64,000 nucleotides of DNA from Hyphomicrobiales bacterium (GTDB lineage Bacteria; Pseudomonadota; Alphaproteobacteria; Rhizobiales; OSC116). Location of the stretch: positions 420,697 to 484,696 of the forward strand of contig JAOPTR010000016.1 of NCBI GenBank assembly GCA_051531935.1. The letters run 5' to 3'. Under the pieces are notes generated by a model, which saw only the letters and a program-made list of their open reading frames with translations, did no database searches and was not told where the DNA came from. The translations under genes and the position numbers were made by a program. The first letter of the stretch is position 1. Each line of letters starts with the position of its first letter. Shown here in pieces: positions 28,914 through 39,207 of the stretch.

Positions 28914-29217
28914 ATTTTTCCTTAGGTTAGATTAAAAAACAAGCGCAACTTATCGCACGCCAAAATTTATTTTTTTAAAATAAATTAGCCAATTGAATAT
29001 GTTTTACTTGCTACAGCTTTTAGTTGGGAATGAGGATATACGGTTTCAATGGTAAATGCAAAATAATTTTGACACTGTAAAGTTTGAAATGTAAATGGCA
29101 GTCATTTTGTAGGGAAACAGACGAATAATTTACCCCCGCTACCATGGTGTCTTTTACTATAATAATTCGCACGGCTATTTGCTTTGCGTTTTCACTGAAA
29201 ATAAAATCGGAGACATT

Positions 29218-29466
29218 ATGACAGGTGAACAAATCATCACCCAAGGTACAAATTGGCAAGAGGTGGTTAATGCCACTGGTGCGATTATTCTGCAAAATCA
29301 GAGTAATAAATTTGCTGCAAATTATTATATTGGCACATCTGCGCCCACAAGTGAGCAAGGCATGGTATTACGTGCGCTCAACGAACATACACCGCTCATT
29401 GAAGCTGGAGAGGCGCTATATTTACGAGCAAGAAGTGGCAATGTTTCGATCACTTGGTGCCAATAG
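29218..29466 (+). CDS. Small hypothetical protein, 82 aa
   Basis: ATG preceded by GGAG at 7 nt, followed by a strong terminator. No motif recognised. Confidence 0.45.
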   Translation: MTGEQIITQGTNWQEVVNATGAIILQNQSNKFAANYYIGTSAPTSEQGMVLRALNEHTPLIEAGEALYLRARSGNVSITWCQ

Positions 29467-29480
29467 CAGCTCATAATAAT

Positions 29481-29518
29481 AAGGGCGTTTGATAATGTGT
29501 CAAACGCCCTTGTTTTTT
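29481..29518. terminator. Bidirectional rho-independent terminator
   Basis: Perfect 12-bp stem aagggcgtttga / tcaaacgccctt with a 7-nt loop. gtttttt follows on the + strand and a T-rich run on the - strand. Confidence 0.75.
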
Positions 29519-29527
29519 GGATGAAAA

Positions 29528-30700
29528 TTAACCTGCTAACATATTGCCGATTCTGTCGATGGCTTTGTTAATATTCTCGATACTGTTGGCATAGGATAAG
29601 CGAATATAACCTTCGCCATATGAACCAAAGCTTGTGCCTGGCACGGTGGCAACGCCTGCTTCTTCGAGTATTCGGCTTTGCAGCGTGCTGCTGTTCATGC
29701 CTGTGCCTGTAATGTTGGGGAACACATAAAATGCACCGCTTGGATCGTGGCAATTAATTCCTTCAATTTCATTAAGGCGCGGCACGATGACTTTGCGGCG
29801 TTCTCCAAACGTGCGGAACATGGCTTCCACCTCGTCTTGGGGGCCTGTTAACGCTTCTAACCCTGCATATTGAGTAGGTGCGTTGACACACGAATGCACA
29901 TTAACCGCAAGGCGTGTAGCATGTTCTATAAGCGAAGATGGCCATAACCCATAGCCTAAACGCAAGCCCGCCATAGCGTAAGTTTTGCTCCAACCATCAA
30001 GCAAAATAACCCGATCCCGTACCGATTCATACTCTAATGGAGATGCGTGTTCTGCATCACCCCATAGCATGCGGGAGTAAATTTCATCACTTAGGATGAA
30101 TAAATCCGGATAATTTCCCAACCCTTTGATTAGTTTTTCAAGCTCACTACGCGGGGTTGTTCCACCCGTTGGGTTGGCAGGTGAATTTAGGATGAGCAAA
30201 CGCGAATTGGGCGTTAGACGCTCTAAAATTGCATCGGCACTGAAAGCAAATTTATTTTCTTCTAAAATAGGAATGGGAATGGCTTTGGCACCCCCGTAAT
30301 TAATAAGCGACTCATAAATTGGAAAACCTGGGTTTGGATATAGGATTTCAGCACCCGGCTCGGCAAATAATTGAATGGCAAAAAACATGGTGACTTTACC
30401 ACCTGGTACCACAAGCACATTTTCGGCAGATACTTTTACACCACGTCTGGCCTCGATGTCCTGAGCTACGGCTTCACGTAATTCTGGAATGCCTTTGGTG
30501 GGCGTGTAACTATGCATACCATCTCGAAACGCTTTTACTGCGGCTTCAACAACACTATCAGGCGCTCTAAAATCTGATTGCCCGATCGACAAATCAATAA
30601 TATCTTTACCTTCAAGGCGCAACTGCTGCGCACGTGCCATTACATCAAATGCGGTTTCTGTGCCTAACCTAGACATTGCTTTCGCTAATTTCATATTCAA
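29528..30700 (-). CDS. Pyridoxal-phosphate-dependent aminotransferase (class I, aspartate/aromatic type)
   Basis: 390 aa with the NPANPTG and SKTYAMAGLRLGY (PLP-lysine) motifs. Confidence 0.9.
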   Translation of the reverse strand: MNMKLAKAMSRLGTETAFDVMARAQQLRLEGKDIIDLSIGQSDFRAPDSVVEAAVKAFRDGMHSYTPTKGIPELREAVAQDIEARRGVKVSAENVLVVPGGKVTMFFAIQLFAEPGAEILYPNPGFPIYESLINYGGAKAIPIPILEENKFAFSADAILERLTPNSRLLILNSPANPTGGTTPRSELEKLIKGLGNYPDLFILSDEIYSRMLWGDAEHASPLEYESVRDRVILLDGWSKTYAMAGLRLGYGLWPSSLIEHATRLAVNVHSCVNAPTQYAGLEALTGPQDEVEAMFRTFGERRKVIVPRLNEIEGINCHDPSGAFYVFPNITGTGMNSSTLQSRILEEAGVATVPGTSFGSYGEGYIRLSYANSIENINKAIDRIGNMLAG

Positions 30701-30809
30701 CCCCTCTTTACATTTAGCTGAATTATATGAGTAGAATATGTAACATCAAGCCTTAATTTGACTATTTATGGAGTGTTTCTCAGTTTTAAACACGCTCACA
30801 ACTGCTTAT

Positions 30810-31028
30810 TTAAAGCGTACAAGCTGCAGCTTCCATACCGGTTTTATCCAATGAATTTATAATTTTTTCGAGTGCTCGTTTTAAATCTTGCGAGGCCGCG
30901 CTCATTGATGCCATGACCATTTGTTTGCCATCATCAAATGCAAATTGGTAAACCGTAAAGGCTACCGAAAACATAGCAATAATTTCGACAAATAGACGCC
31001 AGAATTTGGCGATGGTTTGATATAGCAT
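30810..31028 (-). CDS. Small hypothetical membrane protein, 72 aa
   Basis: ORF with one TM segment (FVEIIAMFSVAFTVYQFAF). Weak support. Confidence 0.3.
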   Translation of the reverse strand: MLYQTIAKFWRLFVEIIAMFSVAFTVYQFAFDDGKQMVMASMSAASQDLKRALEKIINSLDKTGMEAAACTL

Positions 31029-31106
31029 AATGCCCTCCGTCTTTTTACAAACATTAAGTTTGCAGCGGTAAATAGCAAAACAAAATCTGTTGACTTAACC
31101 GTGATT

Positions 31107-31130
31107 AACATACATACAGTTATGTATGTT
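31107..31130. promoter_or_regulatory. Perfect 10-4-10 inverted repeat overlapping the start codon of the 31126 ORF
   Basis: aacatacata-cagt-tatgtatgtt; the ATG at 31126-31128 lies in the right arm. Confidence 0.3.
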
Positions 31131-31545
31131 ATTATTATTTATTGGCGCGATATTAAGCGCAACCGCTAGCTTAGCCCATATTGGATGCATTATTTTTGGT
31201 TCTAAATGGTATTTGTTTTTTGGCGCAGGCTCACAAATGGCAAAATGGGCGGATGAAGGTAATGTAAAACACATATTCATTACGTTGCCGATTGTGATTG
31301 TTTTGGCCGTTTGGGCAGGCTACGGCTTGTCTGGCGCGGGGCTAATCATGCCATTACCATGGCTAAAGTGGGTATTGGTTGCCATCACAGCCATATATAT
31401 TGTACGCGGTATTTACGGGTTTTACTTTATACGACATCCAAATGGAGAAAACAGCGCTAAATTTTGGCTTTATAGCAGTGCCATATGTTTAGGCTTCGGC
31501 ATTGTACACCTAATTGGACTTATTCAAGTATGGCAAAATATATGA
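31126..31545 (+). CDS. Integral membrane protein, about 4 TM, unknown function
   Basis: 139-aa hydrophobic ORF. The start is uncertain because no SD precedes the ATG. Confidence 0.55.
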   Translation: MLLLFIGAILSATASLAHIGCIIFGSKWYLFFGAGSQMAKWADEGNVKHIFITLPIVIVLAVWAGYGLSGAGLIMPLPWLKWVLVAITAIYIVRGIYGFYFIRHPNGENSAKFWLYSSAICLGFGIVHLIGLIQVWQNI

Positions 31546-32445
31546 TGCCATATCCGTTGGTAAATCATGATCAAGGTTATTCAGTAAGATCTGTTTGATT
31601 TTACGTGTGGCAGTGAGCGAAGCAAGTAACTCATCTATATTCTTATCATTTTCGGCTTTAAAGATAAGAATATCGGTTTCATCGGTTTGTGATTTGCCGA
31701 TATAATTTCCATTATGCGGCATAAAAGCCAGCACATGCTTGGGATTCTCAGCAGAATGCGTGACCGCGCTGAGGCCAGCCATCGCCCCGCCAGAATATCC
31801 TGCAAGTGTGATATGTGGAGTGCTGATTTTATGCTGCGATTGTAGCCATTTAAATGCCTCAGCAATTGCTGCTCTTGATTTCACATAATCAAGCGTCCAA
31901 GAATAGTGATGTGAGCCAGCCATGTTTGGCGCTTGCAAATAAGCCACTGCAATATTTTTCTTTAAATAAGGCTGCGCTGGCCATATATCTTTGATCGACT
32001 GATTAGAGCTACCGTCACCATGCAGAATGAGCAAGAGCTGACCATCAAAACAATCACTTGGCAAATAAAGCTCTAGTTCTGATTCATTTTTCGCCGCTAA
32101 CTTAGTAAATCCTAAATCACTTGCTTTTTGTAGTTTCTGAAAATCAATTGTTTCATCACATCCGTCACTAAAGAAATTATCGGCAAGATTAAAAAAGATA
32201 TTTTTTTCTGCCGCTTCAGTAATTTGAGCCAATTTCTTGTTGGAGTGATTCAATTGTCCATAAACCCATATAAGATAAATATATGTATCCGCCAAACGGT
32301 CTGGGTAATTTAATTTCATTTGATTAAGCAATTGAATGGCGGCTTGATATTGCTTTGCTTCGACCAATTCATCCACCTTTTCATCTTCCACTCGATATCG
32401 AGAGGTTTCAAAAATATGAGGCGGTTGATTGGTAATAAATTTCAT
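31510..32445 (-). CDS. Alpha/beta hydrolase (carboxylesterase/dienelactone-hydrolase-like) with a helical N-terminal domain
   Basis: Intact nucleophile elbow GYSGGAMAG, and LLILHGDG upstream of it. Confidence 0.65.
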   Translation of the reverse strand: MKFITNQPPHIFETSRYRVEDEKVDELVEAKQYQAAIQLLNQMKLNYPDRLADTYIYLIWVYGQLNHSNKKLAQITEAAEKNIFFNLADNFFSDGCDETIDFQKLQKASDLGFTKLAAKNESELELYLPSDCFDGQLLLILHGDGSSNQSIKDIWPAQPYLKKNIAVAYLQAPNMAGSHHYSWTLDYVKSRAAIAEAFKWLQSQHKISTPHITLAGYSGGAMAGLSAVTHSAENPKHVLAFMPHNGNYIGKSQTDETDILIFKAENDKNIDELLASLTATRKIKQILLNNLDHDLPTDMASYILPYLNKSN

Positions 32446-32977
32446 TTTGAGCGCTTTATAAAACTAAATAATAACAGATTAATAGACATGATCTTGAATT
32501 TTATTTAACATATCACCCTGACGTCAACGTTAAGTTTTCAACAAAAGTTGCTGATATTAGCCAATTTACCTATGGTCAACTGTTAACAAATCAAGATTCT
32601 TCCACTCTAAAGCCACATTTTCAAAGATACTACCGCCAAAAACTGTAGAAACGGGTTTTTCTATTAAAACTCCATCTACCTGACACCATATATGCGTAGA
32701 AAAGCGGCAATTTTTTACAAAAATTTGGCATATTTAACTTTTTTGTGACATTGCGAGAATTGCTTTGACAATTTTATACCATACATTCCAAACACTTATG
32801 GGTTCATAAATAATTTTGATAATTTAACTTAATAGGCATTGAACAGACAGGGTTTATCCTTTACCGTTCATAAATCTACCAAATGAGCGGGAGCTAATCG
32901 CGCCATTACGGTTGTATACTGGTCGTTTAAGCTAAATGATCGGTCTTTAAATTCTAGTAACCTAGGGAGGAAAGAAT

Positions 32978-34612
32978 ATGACAATTCTTAAAACTACATT
33001 CACCAAAAGTGCGATTGCACTACTTGCAGGTGCTACAGCATTATCTGCTGTTACTACATTTGCAGCGACACCAATGGCGGGCGAAAAGCTTGCAGAAGAT
33101 CAAACATACACATATCGTATGCTTGATGGCATTCCTTCGCTTGACCCTCAATTGGTTGAAGACGTATCAGGCTCAGACATCGTACGTGACCTTTTTGAAG
33201 GCCTCATGAACCAAGATGCAGATGGTAACCTTATCCCAGGTGTAGCGCTTAGCTTTGAAGCTTCTGAAGGCAACACAGTTTACACATTTAAACTGCGCGA
33301 ATCTAAATGGTCTAACGGCGACGCTGTAACTGCTAACGATTTTGTTTATGCTTGGCGCCGTGCTGCAGATCCTAAAACTGCATCTCCTTACCAATGGTAT
33401 ATGGAATTAATGTCTATCAAAAATGTTGGTGCTGTTATCAAAGGTGATATGCCTACATCTGAACTAGGTGTTGAAGCGCTTGACGAACATACACTTAAAG
33501 TTACGCTTTCTGCTGCTCTTCCATATTTTGCAGACATGACTGCTCATTCTACAACTTTCCCTTCTCATCAAGGCACTGTTGAAAAATTCGGTACAGAATG
33601 GACTCGCCCTGAAAACATTGTTGGTAACGGCGCTTACAAACTAACTGAATGGGTACTTAAAGAACGTACCACTCGTGAACGTAATACAATGTACTGGAAC
33701 GACAAAGAAACAATTCTTAACAAAGTTGTGACTTTGGTTATCAATGACGAAAATGTTGCGCTTACTCGCTACCTTGCTGGTGAAGTAGACAAAACAGAAG
33801 TTCCTGCAGGCCAATATCCTGCGCTTAAAGAATCTAACCCGATGGAAACTTTCTCTTTCCCTCGTCTATGTAGCTATTACTACACATTCAACCTTTCAGA
33901 CAGTGGCCCTGCAGCGTTTAAAGACCTTAAAGTGCGCCAAGCTCTATCATATGCGATTGACCGTAATGTAATTTCTGAGCAAGTTCTAAAAGGTGGTCAA
34001 TATCCTGCTTACACATTTACACCTGGCGCAACGGCTGGCTTTGAAGTTCCAACAGTACCATATGGCACTTGGACACAAGCTGAACGTGATGCAAAAGCTG
34101 TAGAACTTCTTGCTGAAGCTGGCTTTAGCAAAGAAAACCCACTTAAATTCGACATGCTTTACAACACATCAGAAGGTCATAAAAAGATTGCTGTTGTGAT
34201 GTCTCAAATGTGGAAACAAAAATTGGGTGTTGAAGCTACTTTGGCTAACCAAGAATGGAAAACATTCCTTGAAGTACGTGGCAAGCAAGATTTCTCACTT
34301 GCACGTGGCGCATGGTGTGGCGACTATAACGAAGCTTCTACATTCCTAGACCTATTGACAACCAGCTCTGGTTACAATGATGGCAAATGGAGCAACGCAC
34401 GTGTTGACGAGCTTATGGCTGCTGCCAAAACAAGCTCTAATGCTGGTGTAAACTACACAGAAGTTGAGCAAATCATGGCGGCTGAAATGCCTGTAATTCC
34501 TGTATATCACTATACTGGCGTGCTTATGATCAACGAACAACTAAAAGGCTGGCCTCTTGGTAACGTTCAACAAAAATTCTATAGCCGTGACTTCTATAAA
34601 GTTGCTAAATAG
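32978..34612 (+). CDS. oppA: Oligopeptide ABC transporter substrate-binding protein
   Basis: 544 aa, collinear with enterobacterial OppA (SLDP...RDLFEGL, WSNGD-VTA-DFVY-W-R--DP-TASPY, NQEWKTFL, AWCGDYNE). SD GGGAGG lies upstream. Confidence 0.9.
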   Translation: MTILKTTFTKSAIALLAGATALSAVTTFAATPMAGEKLAEDQTYTYRMLDGIPSLDPQLVEDVSGSDIVRDLFEGLMNQDADGNLIPGVALSFEASEGNTVYTFKLRESKWSNGDAVTANDFVYAWRRAADPKTASPYQWYMELMSIKNVGAVIKGDMPTSELGVEALDEHTLKVTLSAALPYFADMTAHSTTFPSHQGTVEKFGTEWTRPENIVGNGAYKLTEWVLKERTTRERNTMYWNDKETILNKVVTLVINDENVALTRYLAGEVDKTEVPAGQYPALKESNPMETFSFPRLCSYYYTFNLSDSGPAAFKDLKVRQALSYAIDRNVISEQVLKGGQYPAYTFTPGATAGFEVPTVPYGTWTQAERDAKAVELLAEAGFSKENPLKFDMLYNTSEGHKKIAVVMSQMWKQKLGVEATLANQEWKTFLEVRGKQDFSLARGAWCGDYNEASTFLDLLTTSSGYNDGKWSNARVDELMAAAKTSSNAGVNYTEVEQIMAAEMPVIPVYHYTGVLMINEQLKGWPLGNVQQKFYSRDFYKVAK

Positions 34613-34627
34613 TTTTTATAATAGCGA

Positions 34628-34658
34628 GCATCGTGTCATTAGACACGGTGCTTTTTTT
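34628..34658 (+). terminator. Intra-operon terminator/attenuator after oppA
   Basis: gcatcgtgtc-atta-gacacggtgc forms a 10-bp stem followed by ttttttt. Confidence 0.65.
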
Positions 34659-34726
34659 GTTTGAAAATATCATGCTAAAAATGATTGTCCTCCATTTATA
34701 TAAGGGCATTTCTAAAGGCAACTTCA

Positions 34727-35650
34727 ATGTTTATATTTATTGTGAAACGTATTGCCTCCGCAATACCCACACTCCTGTTACTCATTCTTTTTTCATTTGT
34801 TATGATGCGCCTAGCGCCCGGCGGCCCGTTTACATCTGAACGCGCATTACCTGCCGCAGTTTTGGCAAATATCAATGCAAAATACGGCCTAGACCAACCT
34901 TGGCACATCCAATTATGGAGCTATCTCGAAGGTTTGATTTTTCATTTAGACCTTGGCCCGTCTTTTAAATATAAAGACCGCTCTGTAAATGACATCATCG
35001 CACAAGGTTTTCCTGTTACCTTAACTTATGGCTTATGGTCGTTTGTTGTGGCTGTTACCACTGGCATTTCGCTTGGTATTATAGCGGCTGTAAAACAAAA
35101 CACATGGATAGATTATATTGCCGTTGGCATATCTATTGGCGCGCAAGTGCTACCTAACTTTATTATGGCACCAATTTTGGTCTTGATATTCACTCTGTGG
35201 CTCGACCTATTGCCTGGTGGCGGTTGGAATGGTGGCCAGTGGCAATATCTCATCATGCCTGTCATTGCCCTTTCGACAAGTTATATGGCATCAATTGCTC
35301 GTCTGACACGAGGTTCAATGCTTGAAGTTTTAAACTCTAACTTTATCCGCACAGCCAAAGCCAAAGGCTTGCCTGCGCGAACCATTATTTTTAGACATGC
35401 CATTAAGCCTGCTTTATTGCCTGTAATGTCATATCTAGGGCCTGCATTTGTGGGCATGGTTACAGGTAGTGTGGTAATTGATATCTACTTTGGCACTGGC
35501 GGTATGGGGCAGTTTTTTGTTGATGCTGCACTGAGCCGCGATTATTCACTACTTATGGGCATCACCATTTTATTTGGGGCAATGACAGTGCTGTTTAGCA
35601 CCGTTGTCGATATTTTATACGCTTGGCTCGACCCCAAGATTAAATTGTAG
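34727..35650 (+). CDS. oppB: Oligopeptide ABC transporter permease
   Basis: MFIFIVKRIASAIPTLLLLILFSFVMMRLAPGGPF matches the OppB/DppB N-terminus. The start is taken at the ATG at 34727. Confidence 0.9.
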   Translation: MFIFIVKRIASAIPTLLLLILFSFVMMRLAPGGPFTSERALPAAVLANINAKYGLDQPWHIQLWSYLEGLIFHLDLGPSFKYKDRSVNDIIAQGFPVTLTYGLWSFVVAVTTGISLGIIAAVKQNTWIDYIAVGISIGAQVLPNFIMAPILVLIFTLWLDLLPGGGWNGGQWQYLIMPVIALSTSYMASIARLTRGSMLEVLNSNFIRTAKAKGLPARTIIFRHAIKPALLPVMSYLGPAFVGMVTGSVVIDIYFGTGGMGQFFVDAALSRDYSLLMGITILFGAMTVLFSTVVDILYAWLDPKIKL

Positions 35651-35660
35651 GAGGCACATC

Positions 35661-36590
35661 ATGATTTCTATAGACAGAAAAAAAATGGATGATGTCGTTG
35701 ATACATTATCAAAAGTAGATTTGGTGCAGGGCACTTCATTGTGGCAGGATGCGTTTTTGCGGTTTCGTAAAAATAAAGCAGCGGTTACAGGCTTTGTTTC
35801 ATTGGTTCTGATGACAGCATTGGCGTTTATTGGCCCCTATTTCACACCGTGGGATTATCAGTCTATCGACTGGAGCTTAATCGGCAATGCCAAAGATGGT
35901 GGCGCACCACAAATTGCCAATGGCCATTATTTCGGCATTGATGACTTGGGACGCGATATTTTTGCCCGCACCATGCAGGGCACCCAAATTTCACTTATGG
36001 TGGGCTTTGTAGGCACTGCAGTTGCCGTATTCGTTGGCTTATTCTATGGCGCTATTGCTGGCTTTGTAGGCGGCAGAGTGGATAATATAATGATGAGATT
36101 TGTCGACATTCTTATGTCGATCCCCATCATGTTTGTTATCATCATCTTTTTTGTGGTTTTTGGACGCTCTATCTTTTTGCTATTTATGGCAATTGGCATG
36201 TTTGCTTGGATGGACATGGCGCGGATTGTCCGTGGGCAAACCTTGGCCATTAAGAACAAAGAATATATTGAAGCTGCGCGTGCTGCTGGTGTTAGTGGGC
36301 TTAGGCTCATCACCCGCCATGTGATACCAAACCTTTTGGGTATTGTGGTCATCTATACAAGCTTGCTTATACCAAGCCTAATTTTAACTGAAAGCTTTAT
36401 TTCATTTTTAGGCTTAGGCATTCAAGAACCACTTACATCTTGGGGCGCCCTTATTAATGAAGGCGCTGGCACAATGCGTTATGGCGTGCCTTGGCAGTTA
36501 GGTTTCCCCATTGCCTTCTTTATCGTTGGCATGTTCAGCTTTTTCTTTATCGGTGATGGTTTGCGTGACGCGCTAGACCCTAAAGACTAA
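35661..36590 (+). CDS. oppC: Oligopeptide ABC transporter permease
   Basis: GTAGGAGG SD 5 nt before the ATG at 35661. OppC/DppC-like sequence, including HYFGIDDLGRD. Confidence 0.9.
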   Translation: MISIDRKKMDDVVDTLSKVDLVQGTSLWQDAFLRFRKNKAAVTGFVSLVLMTALAFIGPYFTPWDYQSIDWSLIGNAKDGGAPQIANGHYFGIDDLGRDIFARTMQGTQISLMVGFVGTAVAVFVGLFYGAIAGFVGGRVDNIMMRFVDILMSIPIMFVIIIFFVVFGRSIFLLFMAIGMFAWMDMARIVRGQTLAIKNKEYIEAARAAGVSGLRLITRHVIPNLLGIVVIYTSLLIPSLILTESFISFLGLGIQEPLTSWGALINEGAGTMRYGVPWQLGFPIAFFIVGMFSFFFIGDGLRDALDPKD

Positions 36591-36614
36591 CGGCCTAAAT
36601 AGAATTGAAAACTT

Positions 36615-36647
36615 AAAAAGCATCGCAATTATTGCGGTGCTTTTTTT
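36615..36647. terminator. Bidirectional rho-independent terminator
   Basis: aaaaa-gcatcgcaa-tta-ttgcggtgc-ttttttt, between convergent oppC and the kinase gene. Confidence 0.7.
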
Positions 36648-36652
36648 GTGCG

Positions 36653-38302
36653 CTAGCCTGTCTGATGAGTTTTTCTATTTTGCTCATTCTCCAATTGCAT
36701 TTGCAAAAAGGCGGCACGTTTTTGCTGCGCATGATTACGCTCTGCAGTTTTGGCATTTTCAGTTTCTGCTGTCACTTCATTTGCAGCTTGTGGTTTTACC
36801 ACCCTGTCCTTTGGCATATGAACAGTCACAACCGTGCCCTGCCCTAGTTCGCTTTGTAACGAGAATTTACCTTCATGCATTTCAACCAAACCACGTATAA
36901 TCGGCAGGCCTAAGCCAGCGCCTTCAGCCGCGGTTTCATGGGCTAAACTACCTTGGCCAAATTGGCTTAGAATATGCGGTATTTCATCCTTAGGAATGCC
37001 GGGGCCATCATCACGCACGGCAACTGAGAGACCGTTCAATTTATCCAACCACGCATACACAATTATGTTGCCGTTATTGGGCGTGAATTTACTAGCATTG
37101 GATAAAAGGTTAAGCAAAATCTGATGAAATGCCTTGGCATCGACCCAAAGATTAGGAATGTCTTCTTGAATTTTACGGGTTATCTGAATGCCCTTTTCGT
37201 TAGCGCGCAACTCTACCAATCGAATCGACTTTTCAATAGAATCCGAAACATTGACAACTTCTTCTTGCAAAGTGTACCGCCCTGCTTCAATGCGCGACAA
37301 ATCCAAAATGTCATTAATCAACTCGAGCAGATGCCCGCCTGATTTATGGATATCACCTGAATATTCTTTATAAACAGGATTGCCATGTGTGCCAAACATT
37401 TCGTCTTTCATCACTTCCGAAAACCCAATAATCGCGTTTAGCGGTGTGCGCAACTCATGGCTCATCGTCGCCAAGAAACGAGATTTGGCAATATTGGCTT
37501 CCTCTGCACGTTTACGCGCTTCATCTGAAATAATTTTAGATTGTTCCAACTCTCCGAATAGGGCTTCTTTTTCAGCACGGAATGATAACATTGCAAGTGA
37601 TGTTTTAAACTGACGGCGGGTATAGGCTGAATAATAATATTGCGCCATGATAATTAAACCAATAAAAACAAGGTTCGAAATTTGCCATTGATAGCTATAT
37701 ATAGCAACAGACGACAAGCTAATCGGCAAGCTGGATGAATACATCATAGTCAAAGAATTATTGGCTAAAATCATGCGTAAACTCATGATTAATATAACAA
37801 AACCAAAGACAACGGCTTGCACAAAATTGCCCGAATATTGTTCGGGAACATTCCCAACCAACATAAATAACGCCGCCCCCGCAATGGTGAGGCCGCAAAA
37901 AAATTCGGCAATAGAAAATTTATCTTCCCAACCAGATGGTCGGGTTTTACTTGGGCGGGTTTTCAAGAAATTTCTGCACATAACCAACAAAACGCCATGT
38001 GTTACAAAAACACTGGCTAGCCAAAAAGCCACCAATTCAACAGGTACCCAGATTAATGAAATAACAGCAAAAATTGTGCAAATGAACGGCAATGCTGTTG
38101 GGATAGAACGCTGATTTTGAGCATATAAAACCAATAATTCATATCTGAAATTTAAGCTAGAGCCTTGCTCTACAGCTACATTTTCACGCGCGCTAGAAAT
38201 CGTGTCTGTTTTTTTTGATTTTTTGGCCGATGCACGGCTTGGCTTATTGGGTGATATATTGACAGGACTTTTAACTTTACTTTTACGCCAGAACATATGC
38301 AT
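36653..38302 (-). CDS. Membrane sensor histidine kinase (PleC/DivJ-like HisKA + HATPase_c)
   Basis: About 6 N-terminal TM helices. H-box FLATMSHELRTPLNAIIGFSE, plus N, G1 and G2 boxes (NLLSNASKF, DDGPGI, GAGLGL). Confidence 0.85.
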   Translation of the reverse strand: MHMFWRKSKVKSPVNISPNKPSRASAKKSKKTDTISSARENVAVEQGSSLNFRYELLVLYAQNQRSIPTALPFICTIFAVISLIWVPVELVAFWLASVFVTHGVLLVMCRNFLKTRPSKTRPSGWEDKFSIAEFFCGLTIAGAALFMLVGNVPEQYSGNFVQAVVFGFVILIMSLRMILANNSLTMMYSSSLPISLSSVAIYSYQWQISNLVFIGLIIMAQYYYSAYTRRQFKTSLAMLSFRAEKEALFGELEQSKIISDEARKRAEEANIAKSRFLATMSHELRTPLNAIIGFSEVMKDEMFGTHGNPVYKEYSGDIHKSGGHLLELINDILDLSRIEAGRYTLQEEVVNVSDSIEKSIRLVELRANEKGIQITRKIQEDIPNLWVDAKAFHQILLNLLSNASKFTPNNGNIIVYAWLDKLNGLSVAVRDDGPGIPKDEIPHILSQFGQGSLAHETAAEGAGLGLPIIRGLVEMHEGKFSLQSELGQGTVVTVHMPKDRVVKPQAANEVTAETENAKTAERNHAQQKRAAFLQMQLENEQNRKTHQTG

Positions 38303-38408
38303 CCCCTACCATACCCTAAATAGACTCTTGGTTGAGCCTGTAGAATATATCAGATAAGTTAATTTCTGATTTAAAGGTGTGATCTAATGTCTGGTGTAAA
38401 ACACAGTA

Positions 38409-39059
38409 TTAGCCGCGCAATGCCAAGATGTTTTCGGCCATTTTTTCTGGGCCATCTTTGAATACAAAACTACCCGCAACCAAAGTATCAGCGCCTGCTT
38501 CAATGCATAATTTAGCTGTTTCAGCAGTCACACCACCGTCAACTTCTAAACGGATGTCGCGATCGCCAATCATTTCACGAATTTGGCTAATTTTTTTCAA
38601 TTGTGAATGAATGAATTTTTGGCCACCAAAGCCAGGGTTTACACTCATTACCAAAATCAAATCTACATCATCAATAATATTTTCTAAAACGCTTACGGAT
38701 GTAGCTGGGTTCAATACAACACCAGCTTTTACACCAAAAGATTTTATAAGCTGAATTGTACGGTGAATGTGATTACCCGCTTCCACGTGCACGGCAATAT
38801 AATTTGCACCAGCTTTTGCAAAATCTTCTATATAAGGATCTGCAGGCGAAATCATCAAATGCACATCAAATGGCTTGTCGGTATAATCTCTGACGCTTGC
38901 CATTACAGCCGCACCAAACGAAATATTCGGTACAAAATGCCCATCCATAACATCAATATGCATCCAGTCGGCGCCTGCGGCATCCAGTGCCTTAATATCA
39001 CGGCCTAAATTCGCAAAATCTGCAGATAAAATTGAAGGAGCAATGATAGTTTTTGACAT
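38409..39059 (-). CDS. rpe: Ribulose-phosphate 3-epimerase
   Basis: [22 protein letters not shown] and [13 protein letters not shown] motifs; 216 aa. Confidence 0.93.
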   Translation of the reverse strand: MSKTIIAPSILSADFANLGRDIKALDAAGADWMHIDVMDGHFVPNISFGAAVMASVRDYTDKPFDVHLMISPADPYIEDFAKAGANYIAVHVEAGNHIHRTIQLIKSFGVKAGVVLNPATSVSVLENIIDDVDLILVMSVNPGFGGQKFIHSQLKKISQIREMIGDRDIRLEVDGGVTAETAKLCIEAGADTLVAGSFVFKDGPEKMAENILALRG

Positions 39060-39207
39060 TTTAAAATCCGATACTCAATTATGATTGGTGTTAAAGATGA
39101 ATTAACGCATTTAAAATCGGTTTTCAATTAAAAAAGGCAATAAAACAGCTTATTGCTCTTTAAATTTACGACCGAAACCAATATATATATACAATCAATA
39201 AATTTGG

